A DNA stretch of 12,526 nucleotides from assembly GCA_000004985.1 (NCBI GenBank), contig GG738990.1; one strand, given 5' to 3'. This DNA is from Naegleria gruberi (taxonomy: Eukaryota). The translations under genes were made by a program, and so were the position numbers. The notes beneath the pieces are model-generated. The model had not been told where the DNA came from. It saw nothing but the letters and a program-made list of their open reading frames with translations, and made no database searches. Positions 1 to 8,600 of the stretch are shown one piece after another (the stretch's first letter is position 1; the number at the start of each line of letters is the position of its first letter).

Positions 1-332
1 TCGTCATCTCTTGATATTGTCTTTATTTTGACCATTTCAATGGAGTTTGTTGAATGGGAAAAGTCTTGTTGTTATTGTGCTATTTTTTTAGCTTTTGGTT
101 TTTTTGTTATTTTAGCAAATAATTTCATCAATATTTTTGATGAAAGCTTTTTTGTCATCATCACGGGATTTTGAATTAATAATTAAATTATTTTCTGATT
201 CTTATTGTGAGTACTAAGGATTGGTGAGCAATTATGTTTCTTCTGGATGTGGGTGGTATATGGAGATCTGTCTGTTCCGAAAATTATATAATATTTGTAA
301 AAAGCCTTTGGATGTTTAAAGCAACAAAATAA

Positions 333-818
333 CTACAAGTTGGAATAACGTTCATTGCTATGGGTGGATTCCTGCAAAATAGACTGATGTAATTCTACAA
401 AGTACCAATTATCAGCAAAGAATTCATCATCCAACTTGTTTGTATTTCTATTGGGATTCGATGATGCTGAAGAAGGATTTGAAGAGTTTCCATGATTACG
501 TAGATAGATATCCTTCGCAGAGGCTGGCAATGGATTCAACAAATCAGCCCCAGCACTCTTATAATCATAATTTGGAGTGGAAGGCATTACTATAAGAGAG
601 GCATTGCCATTCACTTTGCAAATACCATTCTCTACCAAGAGACCCAAGCTTGCTCTCATATCACCAGATAGTTTGGCAAATTCGGAGAGTCCCATCTGTG
701 CCATTAATTTTCCTCCTCCATTGTTGTTGTTATTATTCATGGCACTACTTCCGTTATTGCTTGTTGTTGTGCTTCTTCTGTTGGTGTTTGATGATGGTGA
801 AAAGCCTTGTTGTTGCAT
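333..818 (-). CDS. hypothetical Asn/Ser/Gln-rich low-complexity protein, 161 aa, unknown function
   Basis: Complete ORF on the minus strand. ATG at 818..816 sits in an A-rich context (aaaATGc). The TAG stop is at 335..333. The N-terminal half is low-complexity (a poly-N run, S/T-rich). The C-terminal half is more ordered (…DIYLRNHG…NWYFVELHQSIL…). The plus-strand ORFs 577..852 and 650..841 are the antisense mirror of the low-complexity codons (poly-L/V) and are rejected. Confidence 0.55.
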   Translation of the reverse strand: MQQQGFSPSSNTNRRSTTTSNNGSSAMNNNNNNGGGKLMAQMGLSEFAKLSGDMRASLGLLVENGICKVNGNASLIVMPSTPNYDYKSAGADLLNPLPASAKDIYLRNHGNSSNPSSASSNPNRNTNKLDDEFFADNWYFVELHQSILQESTHSNERYSNL

Positions 819-905
819 TTTTCGACCGTTACATATTTTAATTGTTTTTTAAATTATTAAATATTATTTTAATAATTTAATAGTTTGGTTTTTAATTGTT
901 GTTAT

Positions 906-1145
906 TTATCGTTCTTCTTCTTGACTGGATGATGATTTACTCTTGGACATGGACTCGAGAGCTTTCTTTCTCAGTGTTTCCGAAGTGGAATTTTCATTGG
1001 ATTTTCTTCTTGAACTAATATAATTGTGACCATCAGAGTCAGAGTCATCGGATGATGAAGGAGGTGGTGTCGGCTCTGATCTCTCAGATGATGGTTTCCT
1101 AGAGTTGTAAGAATATTTAGAGTGCTTTCTTGGTGGTGATCTGTT
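906..1145 (-). CDS. 3'-terminal coding segment (Ser/Arg/Asp-rich tail, …SEPTPPPSSSDDSDSDGHNYISSRRKSNENSTSETLRKKALESMSKSKSSSSQEEER*) of a gene whose body lies in the N-masked block
   Basis: There is a 79-codon open frame on the minus strand from 1145 down to 909. It ends at a TAA at 908..906. No ATG sits near its 5' end. In-frame stops lie at 1146..1151, just before the N run, so the segment must be joined by splicing or belong to a frame hidden in the gap. Its composition is typical of an RS/SR-like disordered tail. Confidence 0.3.
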   Translation of the reverse strand, partial: NRSPPRKHSKYSYNSRKPSSERSEPTPPPSSSDDSDSDGHNYISSRRKSNENSTSETLRKKALESMSKSKSSSSQEEER

Positions 1146-1152
1146 CTATCAG

Positions 1153-2434
1153 NNNNNNNNNNNNNNNNNNNNNNNNNNNNNNNNNNNNNNNNNNNNNNNN
1201 NNNNNNNNNNNNNNNNNNNNNNNNNNNNNNNNNNNNNNNNNNNNNNNNNNNNNNNNNNNNNNNNNNNNNNNNNNNNNNNNNNNNNNNNNNNNNNNNNNNN
1301 NNNNNNNNNNNNNNNNNNNNNNNNNNNNNNNNNNNNNNNNNNNNNNNNNNNNNNNNNNNNNNNNNNNNNNNNNNNNNNNNNNNNNNNNNNNNNNNNNNNN
1401 NNNNNNNNNNNNNNNNNNNNNNNNNNNNNNNNNNNNNNNNNNNNNNNNNNNNNNNNNNNNNNNNNNNNNNNNNNNNNNNNNNNNNNNNNNNNNNNNNNNN
1501 NNNNNNNNNNNNNNNNNNNNNNNNNNNNNNNNNNNNNNNNNNNNNNNNNNNNNNNNNNNNNNNNNNNNNNNNNNNNNNNNNNNNNNNNNNNNNNNNNNNN
1601 NNNNNNNNNNNNNNNNNNNNNNNNNNNNNNNNNNNNNNNNNNNNNNNNNNNNNNNNNNNNNNNNNNNNNNNNNNNNNNNNNNNNNNNNNNNNNNNNNNNN
1701 NNNNNNNNNNNNNNNNNNNNNNNNNNNNNNNNNNNNNNNNNNNNNNNNNNNNNNNNNNNNNNNNNNNNNNNNNNNNNNNNNNNNNNNNNNNNNNNNNNNN
1801 NNNNNNNNNNNNNNNNNNNNNNNNNNNNNNNNNNNNNNNNNNNNNNNNNNNNNNNNNNNNNNNNNNNNNNNNNNNNNNNNNNNNNNNNNNNNNNNNNNNN
1901 NNNNNNNNNNNNNNNNNNNNNNNNNNNNNNNNNNNNNNNNNNNNNNNNNNNNNNNNNNNNNNNNNNNNNNNNNNNNNNNNNNNNNNNNNNNNNNNNNNNN
2001 NNNNNNNNNNNNNNNNNNNNNNNNNNNNNNNNNNNNNNNNNNNNNNNNNNNNNNNNNNNNNNNNNNNNNNNNNNNNNNNNNNNNNNNNNNNNNNNNNNNN
2101 NNNNNNNNNNNNNNNNNNNNNNNNNNNNNNNNNNNNNNNNNNNNNNNNNNNNNNNNNNNNNNNNNNNNNNNNNNNNNNNNNNNNNNNNNNNNNNNNNNNN
2201 NNNNNNNNNNNNNNNNNNNNNNNNNNNNNNNNNNNNNNNNNNNNNNNNNNNNNNNNNNNNNNNNNNNNNNNNNNNNNNNNNNNNNNNNNNNNNNNNNNNN
2301 NNNNNNNNNNNNNNNNNNNNNNNNNNNNNNNNNNNNNNNNNNNNNNNNNNNNNNNNNNNNNNNNNNNNNNNNNNNNNNNNNNNNNNNNNNNNNNNNNNNN
2401 NNNNNNNNNNNNNNNNNNNNNNNNNNNNNNNNNN
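1153..2434. other. run of N (masked or unsequenced, 1282 nt)
   Basis: Literal n characters. The track ORFs 1130..2485(+) and 1149..2471(-) are made almost entirely of X and are artefacts. Confidence 1.
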
Positions 2435-2442
2435 AGATCAAA

Positions 2443-2448
2443 TTTATT
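2443..2448 (-). promoter_or_regulatory. candidate polyadenylation signal AATAAA for the kinase gene
   Basis: The minus strand reads AATAAA about 72 nt downstream of the TAA stop at 2522..2520. AATAAA occurs by chance in AT-rich DNA, hence the low confidence. Confidence 0.25.
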
Positions 2449-2519
2449 GAAATGGAATCAAAACAATACAAAAGTTCAAAAATAGGAAAACTTTTCGAAT
2501 AATTTTAGATGACAACAAG

Positions 2520-3581
2520 TTATTTTTCATTCTTTTTCAATATTTCTTCCATTAAAGAATCATTAATGACATCTTCATATAAATCTGCTGTTTCAGAGTG
2601 ATTCATTAAGCTCAAGATATATTTGATTACTGCATAAAAATCCTTCAATGGTATTCTAAGAGGTGACTTTTTGATTGTGCAGTATAATAAGCGAATGATA
2701 CAGTTTCGTATTTTCTCATTTGTGTTTTTGTACAACATCTCAATTCTTTCCTTAATAAAGTTGTGAACTTTCTCCTCTTGATTAACAATCATCCAATCGA
2801 AGAATGTTTTCCCATCCACTTCCAAACAGGTCTTGATTAGAACAAATAAATAAATGCATCCCAATGAGTAAATATCAACTGTTTCATACAGATTATTATT
2901 CGAAAGATGCTTTTCGAATAATTCTGGAGCTGCATACTCTCTTGTACCCTGAATCATTGTAGTCCTCACAAGATCCAATTCAGAAATCTTGCATTCATCA
3001 TGGTCCGAAATTTTAGGAACTATTTCACCTTGCACTCTATATATGAGAATGTTTTGAGGTTTCAAATCTCTGTGAATAATCTTGTTCTGATGTAAGTAAT
3101 CATATCCTTTCAGAATATCTCTGAATAGTAAAGTAACTTCCTTCAACGATAGACTATATTCCCTATTTTTGTTCTGAGATACTTCTCCAATTCGAAATCT
3201 TTCATTTCCAGAATCGGAATTTACTACTGAATGGTTTAGAATATATTTTTCCAAATCCAGTGGAGCTAATTCCATCACAACGAAATGTAAATTCTCAAAT
3301 GATTGTTCCAACACTCCATAATCTAAATAACGAACAACATTGGGATGATTAAACTCCTTTGCTCTTTTGAATGCCTCAATTAGTCTGGGTAAATCATTAG
3401 AAACTGTACTCTCTCTGTAAGTTTTCAAAGCAGCCACCATATTGAGCTTTTTATCCTTCACCTTAGCAATAACACCCTTACCAATACCGATTGTCCTTTC
3501 AAGTATTTCGAATCTTTCATTGGTGTCAATAGGATTTTTGATTTCATTTTCATTTTGTATCCTGTCAAGCTTTGTAAAATA
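2520..3581 (-). CDS. protein kinase domain 2 (Ser/Thr-type, canonical catalytic loop), C-terminal part of the tandem-kinase gene
   Basis: The frame is open from 3581, just after a TGA at 3584..3582, down to a TAA at 2522..2520. The track ORF 2520..3461 'starts' at GTG, which is not a real start. Upstream of that GTG the same frame encodes subdomain I (…NERFEILERTIGIGKGVIAKV…). Further motifs are VAALK (beta-3 Lys), an alphaC Glu (LIEAFKRAKEF), HFVVMELAP (hinge), IIHRDLKPQNILI (catalytic loop), KISDHDECK (DFG replaced by DHD), GTREYAAPE and DIYSLG. There is no ATG between the upstream stop and the glycine loop, so this domain cannot be a stand-alone gene. Confidence 0.75.
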   Translation of the reverse strand, partial: YFTKLDRIQNENEIKNPIDTNERFEILERTIGIGKGVIAKVKDKKLNMVAALKTYRESTVSNDLPRLIEAFKRAKEFNHPNVVRYLDYGVLEQSFENLHFVVMELAPLDLEKYILNHSVVNSDSGNERFRIGEVSQNKNREYSLSLKEVTLLFRDILKGYDYLHQNKIIHRDLKPQNILIYRVQGEIVPKISDHDECKISELDLVRTTMIQGTREYAAPELFEKHLSNNNLYETVDIYSLGCIYLFVLIKTCLEVDGKTFFDWMIVNQEEKVHNFIKERIEMLYKNTNEKIRNCIIRLLYCTIKKSPLRIPLKDFYAVIKYILSLMNHSETADLYEDVINDSLMEEILKKNEK

Positions 3582-4365
3582 TCACAAACTTGATTGATTT
3601 TAGGTCTCTTTGTTGGATCAAGTGACAACATTTGAATAATTAGAGCTTGAACAATCTTATTGATGTGAGAATGTGTTTTGAGGAGAAGTGACACATTATC
3701 ATGTAGCCAATCTTCAGCAGAACTGCACAATTCTCCCAGAGTTCTCGCTCCTAGTACTGGATGAGTTAACAAGGTTTGACCTGTCAACATTTCAAAAAAA
3801 GAAACTCCACAAGAAAACACGTCAGAAGGAAGAGATAGTCTCTCAAATGACTCAGGTGCAAGGTAGCTTATGGTTCCAATAGCGCCTGAACACTCAATAT
3901 ATTCTATTCCATTCTCCACCTCAAGGTCCTCACTCAACATCTCAATGCAATCAAAATCTATCAACCTAATACAATCTCCATCCTTTACAAAGTTTGCCGG
4001 TTTCACATCTCCATAGATAATTCTCTCCTTGTGTAGTTCATTAATTCCCAAAGCCACTTGCAACATTTCAGTCACTGTAAATTCATACTTTCTTTTAATG
4101 AGTTGTTTCAAATCTCCCTCTTTAGCATAATCCATTATCATTACTATTGAATCTTCTTTTGGAGTGATTTTTTTTGGAAGTAGGACATATTTTTGATTCA
4201 ATTTAAGTTTAGTTAGCACTAAATATTTGTGTAAAAATTCATTTGCTAAATTATCCGACCGCACAACTTTCATGGCAGAACCATCCGAGAGAGGTATAAG
4301 CTTCCATAGGCACCTCTGGCAAATAATTCCGTCACGTTAAGACCATGAGGAACGTATTCTGCCAT
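3458..4365 (-). CDS. protein kinase domain 1 (atypical motifs), N-terminal part of the tandem-kinase gene; ATG at 4365
   Basis: ATG at 4365..4363 in an A-rich context (aaaaaaaATGg). It gives MAEYVPHGLNVTELFARGAYGSLYLS, where FARGAYGSLY is the glycine-rich loop. That frame then meets a TGA stop. A frame offset by 2 nt continues as DGSAMKVV… (beta-3 AxK) and forms the 271-aa track ORF 3458..4273. Further motifs are DLKQLIK and IVMIMDYAKEGDL (hinge), RIIYGDVKPANF (HRD replaced by YGD; the catalytic Asp and the Lys/Asn are kept), LIDFDCIE (DFG replaced by DFD), SYLAPES, and a typical domain end at …KRPKINQVCDILQSL. Confidence 0.7.
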
Positions 4366-4543
4366 TTTTTTTGATGTTTCAACTCACAATAAAATTGAAA
4401 AACTTTCAGGCTATGGAGTTGCAATACTTCTATATTAGCTAGCTCTTTCATATTAATTTTACTTGGTTTTAGTAGAAATAGGTATTTTTATAATTTAATT
4501 TTGAGTGAAAATTTACAAAGAATTGTGGCTGTGTTTTGTGACT

Positions 4544-5554
4544 CTATATTGCTTTGAAGATAACGACTGGTTGAGGAATGGTTGAATAATTTGTAGAGGA
4601 TGACTTTCTTTTCATTAATTTGGAGAATGAATAATTGACAAACTTGGCGAAACAATTTGCAAAAAAGTTGATCATTCTTCTTGGGATACTAATTTGTTCC
4701 AACATACTGACATCTCTCTTTGGGAAAATATGATGATTGTCATGCTCATTGACATGATGAATGTGATATCCAATCAAAATTTCAAGAACAAGATTAATGT
4801 CCACGGTTTGTTGGAAAGGATAAAAGTTGTCAACCAATGAATCGAACCATCCTTCTTCATGAGCTAATGTTGTGAAAACCATAAAGATTACAGTCATGAC
4901 AAGTCTACACATTACCAAATGAATTAAATAAGCAATAGGATTCATTAGCAAGAATGGAGCCAAGAGCAATACCAATCTAGCAAAGGTCATTGGAGCATAC
5001 TTCCACTTCATGTCTCTCTTCTTCTTCAAATAAAAGCTGATATAATTAAAATCAAAGAGTGAACTTCTCATGAATAACACCCAACGATTTGGAGATGATT
5101 TACACCAATAATCAGCATCTCTTTGCATGATTTGCTTATGTCTGTAGAGAATATCTGATGGTGTCAAGTAATCTTGTGCAATGTCCATTGAGTACTTTCT
5201 GCTATCTTGGCCATAGTTGAAATGATGATGAGAATCGTGGCCAATTTTTCCTGGCTTGAAGGTTAACAAGTGACCGAATCCAACTCCAAGCAAGAGGTCA
5301 ACAATTGGATTCAATGACTTTTCTTGGTGAAGTAAATTGTGATAGCACAAAGTCCATCTTCCACCACAAATAAGATAGACTAGTGGTAAGATCAACATTT
5401 GAGCAGGAATGTTAACATTAAAGTGGCTCATTGCGAGCATGGTACCAAGAGGGATGAATTGAGTGATCATGTTGAAAAAGAGGGAGGCATATTTGCTGTA
5501 AGGAACTTCGGTTCCATGGACTGGATGTCTTCCGTGAATCAATTGTCTGGTCAT
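4544..5554 (-). CDS. membrane fatty-acid desaturase-family protein (three His boxes; possibly sphingolipid-desaturase-like), 336 aa, intronless
   Basis: Complete ORF from ATG 5554..5552 (context ctacaaATGa) to TAG 4546..4544. His boxes: HNLLH (HX3H); about 35 aa later GHDSHHH (HX2HH); about 150 aa later HIHHVNEHDNHHIFP (HX2HH followed by hydrophobic-FP). This spacing, plus hydrophobic TM pairs before box 1 and between boxes 2 and 3, matches the FA_desaturase (di-iron, membrane) fold. It does not match the sterol-desaturase/FA-hydroxylase family, where boxes 1 and 2 are about 10 aa apart. The context TLCYHNLLH, HDSHHHFNYGQD and GYH…NEH…HH.FP loosely resembles dihydroceramide delta-4 desaturases. 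Confidence 0.7.
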   Translation of the reverse strand: MTRQLIHGRHPVHGTEVPYSKYASLFFNMITQFIPLGTMLAMSHFNVNIPAQMLILPLVYLICGGRWTLCYHNLLHQEKSLNPIVDLLLGVGFGHLLTFKPGKIGHDSHHHFNYGQDSRKYSMDIAQDYLTPSDILYRHKQIMQRDADYWCKSSPNRWVLFMRSSLFDFNYISFYLKKKRDMKWKYAPMTFARLVLLLAPFLLMNPIAYLIHLVMCRLVMTVIFMVFTTLAHEEGWFDSLVDNFYPFQQTVDINLVLEILIGYHIHHVNEHDNHHIFPKRDVSMLEQISIPRRMINFFANCFAKFVNYSFSKLMKRKSSSTNYSTIPQPVVIFKAI

Positions 5555-5623
5555 TTGTAGTTTTGATGTTGTTGTTTGTTTTTTTTTGTTGTGGAAAAGA
5601 AAAACATTTTACCAGCGAGCTAA

Positions 5624-8600
5624 NNNNNNNNNNNNNNNNNNNNNNNNNNNNNNNNNNNNNNNNNNNNNNNNNNNNNNNNNNNNNNNNNNNNNNNNNNNNN
5701 NNNNNNNNNNNNNNNNNNNNNNNNNNNNNNNNNNNNNNNNNNNNNNNNNNNNNNNNNNNNNNNNNNNNNNNNNNNNNNNNNNNNNNNNNNNNNNNNNNNN
5801 NNNNNNNNNNNNNNNNNNNNNNNNNNNNNNNNNNNNNNNNNNNNNNNNNNNNNNNNNNNNNNNNNNNNNNNNNNNNNNNNNNNNNNNNNNNNNNNNNNNN
5901 NNNNNNNNNNNNNNNNNNNNNNNNNNNNNNNNNNNNNNNNNNNNNNNNNNNNNNNNNNNNNNNNNNNNNNNNNNNNNNNNNNNNNNNNNNNNNNNNNNNN
6001 NNNNNNNNNNNNNNNNNNNNNNNNNNNNNNNNNNNNNNNNNNNNNNNNNNNNNNNNNNNNNNNNNNNNNNNNNNNNNNNNNNNNNNNNNNNNNNNNNNNN
6101 NNNNNNNNNNNNNNNNNNNNNNNNNNNNNNNNNNNNNNNNNNNNNNNNNNNNNNNNNNNNNNNNNNNNNNNNNNNNNNNNNNNNNNNNNNNNNNNNNNNN
6201 NNNNNNNNNNNNNNNNNNNNNNNNNNNNNNNNNNNNNNNNNNNNNNNNNNNNNNNNNNNNNNNNNNNNNNNNNNNNNNNNNNNNNNNNNNNNNNNNNNNN
6301 NNNNNNNNNNNNNNNNNNNNNNNNNNNNNNNNNNNNNNNNNNNNNNNNNNNNNNNNNNNNNNNNNNNNNNNNNNNNNNNNNNNNNNNNNNNNNNNNNNNN
6401 NNNNNNNNNNNNNNNNNNNNNNNNNNNNNNNNNNNNNNNNNNNNNNNNNNNNNNNNNNNNNNNNNNNNNNNNNNNNNNNNNNNNNNNNNNNNNNNNNNNN
6501 NNNNNNNNNNNNNNNNNNNNNNNNNNNNNNNNNNNNNNNNNNNNNNNNNNNNNNNNNNNNNNNNNNNNNNNNNNNNNNNNNNNNNNNNNNNNNNNNNNNN
6601 NNNNNNNNNNNNNNNNNNNNNNNNNNNNNNNNNNNNNNNNNNNNNNNNNNNNNNNNNNNNNNNNNNNNNNNNNNNNNNNNNNNNNNNNNNNNNNNNNNNN
6701 NNNNNNNNNNNNNNNNNNNNNNNNNNNNNNNNNNNNNNNNNNNNNNNNNNNNNNNNNNNNNNNNNNNNNNNNNNNNNNNNNNNNNNNNNNNNNNNNNNNN
6801 NNNNNNNNNNNNNNNNNNNNNNNNNNNNNNNNNNNNNNNNNNNNNNNNNNNNNNNNNNNNNNNNNNNNNNNNNNNNNNNNNNNNNNNNNNNNNNNNNNNN
6901 NNNNNNNNNNNNNNNNNNNNNNNNNNNNNNNNNNNNNNNNNNNNNNNNNNNNNNNNNNNNNNNNNNNNNNNNNNNNNNNNNNNNNNNNNNNNNNNNNNNN
7001 NNNNNNNNNNNNNNNNNNNNNNNNNNNNNNNNNNNNNNNNNNNNNNNNNNNNNNNNNNNNNNNNNNNNNNNNNNNNNNNNNNNNNNNNNNNNNNNNNNNN
7101 NNNNNNNNNNNNNNNNNNNNNNNNNNNNNNNNNNNNNNNNNNNNNNNNNNNNNNNNNNNNNNNNNNNNNNNNNNNNNNNNNNNNNNNNNNNNNNNNNNNN
7201 NNNNNNNNNNNNNNNNNNNNNNNNNNNNNNNNNNNNNNNNNNNNNNNNNNNNNNNNNNNNNNNNNNNNNNNNNNNNNNNNNNNNNNNNNNNNNNNNNNNN
7301 NNNNNNNNNNNNNNNNNNNNNNNNNNNNNNNNNNNNNNNNNNNNNNNNNNNNNNNNNNNNNNNNNNNNNNNNNNNNNNNNNNNNNNNNNNNNNNNNNNNN
7401 NNNNNNNNNNNNNNNNNNNNNNNNNNNNNNNNNNNNNNNNNNNNNNNNNNNNNNNNNNNNNNNNNNNNNNNNNNNNNNNNNNNNNNNNNNNNNNNNNNNN
7501 NNNNNNNNNNNNNNNNNNNNNNNNNNNNNNNNNNNNNNNNNNNNNNNNNNNNNNNNNNNNNNNNNNNNNNNNNNNNNNNNNNNNNNNNNNNNNNNNNNNN
7601 NNNNNNNNNNNNNNNNNNNNNNNNNNNNNNNNNNNNNNNNNNNNNNNNNNNNNNNNNNNNNNNNNNNNNNNNNNNNNNNNNNNNNNNNNNNNNNNNNNNN
7701 NNNNNNNNNNNNNNNNNNNNNNNNNNNNNNNNNNNNNNNNNNNNNNNNNNNNNNNNNNNNNNNNNNNNNNNNNNNNNNNNNNNNNNNNNNNNNNNNNNNN
7801 NNNNNNNNNNNNNNNNNNNNNNNNNNNNNNNNNNNNNNNNNNNNNNNNNNNNNNNNNNNNNNNNNNNNNNNNNNNNNNNNNNNNNNNNNNNNNNNNNNNN
7901 NNNNNNNNNNNNNNNNNNNNNNNNNNNNNNNNNNNNNNNNNNNNNNNNNNNNNNNNNNNNNNNNNNNNNNNNNNNNNNNNNNNNNNNNNNNNNNNNNNNN
8001 NNNNNNNNNNNNNNNNNNNNNNNNNNNNNNNNNNNNNNNNNNNNNNNNNNNNNNNNNNNNNNNNNNNNNNNNNNNNNNNNNNNNNNNNNNNNNNNNNNNN
8101 NNNNNNNNNNNNNNNNNNNNNNNNNNNNNNNNNNNNNNNNNNNNNNNNNNNNNNNNNNNNNNNNNNNNNNNNNNNNNNNNNNNNNNNNNNNNNNNNNNNN
8201 NNNNNNNNNNNNNNNNNNNNNNNNNNNNNNNNNNNNNNNNNNNNNNNNNNNNNNNNNNNNNNNNNNNNNNNNNNNNNNNNNNNNNNNNNNNNNNNNNNNN
8301 NNNNNNNNNNNNNNNNNNNNNNNNNNNNNNNNNNNNNNNNNNNNNNNNNNNNNNNNNNNNNNNNNNNNNNNNNNNNNNNNNNNNNNNNNNNNNNNNNNNN
8401 NNNNNNNNNNNNNNNNNNNNNNNNNNNNNNNNNNNNNNNNNNNNNNNNNNNNNNNNNNNNNNNNNNNNNNNNNNNNNNNNNNNNNNNNNNNNNNNNNNNN
8501 NNNNNNNNNNNNNNNNNNNNNNNNNNNNNNNNNNNNNNNNNNNNNNNNNNNNNNNNNNNNNNNNNNNNNNNNNNNNNNNNNNNNNNNNNNNNNNNNNNNN

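Larger units (their letters stand above)
2520..4365 (-). pseudogene. tandem dual-kinase locus with two reading-frame breaks (pseudogene, or indel errors in the assembly)
   Basis: There are two kinase domains in series on one strand, linked by a short sequence. Break 1 is a 2-nt frame offset inside a (CT)3/(GA)3 run at about 4285..4294, between the Gly loop and the AxK motif. Break 2 is a 1-nt offset somewhere in about 3515..3581, between the end of domain 1 (ILQSL) and subdomain I of domain 2. No GT…AG interval of plausible intron length explains either break. Confidence 0.4.

Noticed and set aside
1-35. Possible start of a minus-strand gene (ATG at 35..33, MVKIKTISRDD…) running off the left edge
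   Set aside because: Only 11 codons are visible, so it cannot be supported.
40-174. 44-codon hydrophobic ORF (MEFVEWEKSCCYCAIFLAFGFFVILANNFINIFDESFFVIITGF) on the plus strand
   Set aside because: It is T-rich DNA that naturally encodes F/L/I/V. It is too short and lacks any context, so it is likely chance. It lies in what is probably the 3' flank of the 161-aa gene.
577-852. Plus-strand ORFs 577..852 and 650..841 (poly-Leu/Val, Cys-rich)
   Set aside because: They lie antisense to the 161-aa gene. Their composition is the mirror image of the sense-strand N/S/Q-rich codons, with no independent coding signal.
1130-2485. Track ORFs 1130..2485(+), 1149..2471(-), 5418..9194(-), 5563..9084(+), 5586..9158(+), and most of 5620..9513(-)
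   Set aside because: They are composed almost entirely of X translated from N runs. No sequence supports them. Only the unmasked ends were considered: 9081..9513 as an ankyrin exon, and 906..1145 as a possible terminal exon.
3688-3882. Plus-strand 64-aa ORF inside the kinase locus
   Set aside because: It is antisense to well-supported kinase domain 1 coding sequence, short, and has no recognisable features.
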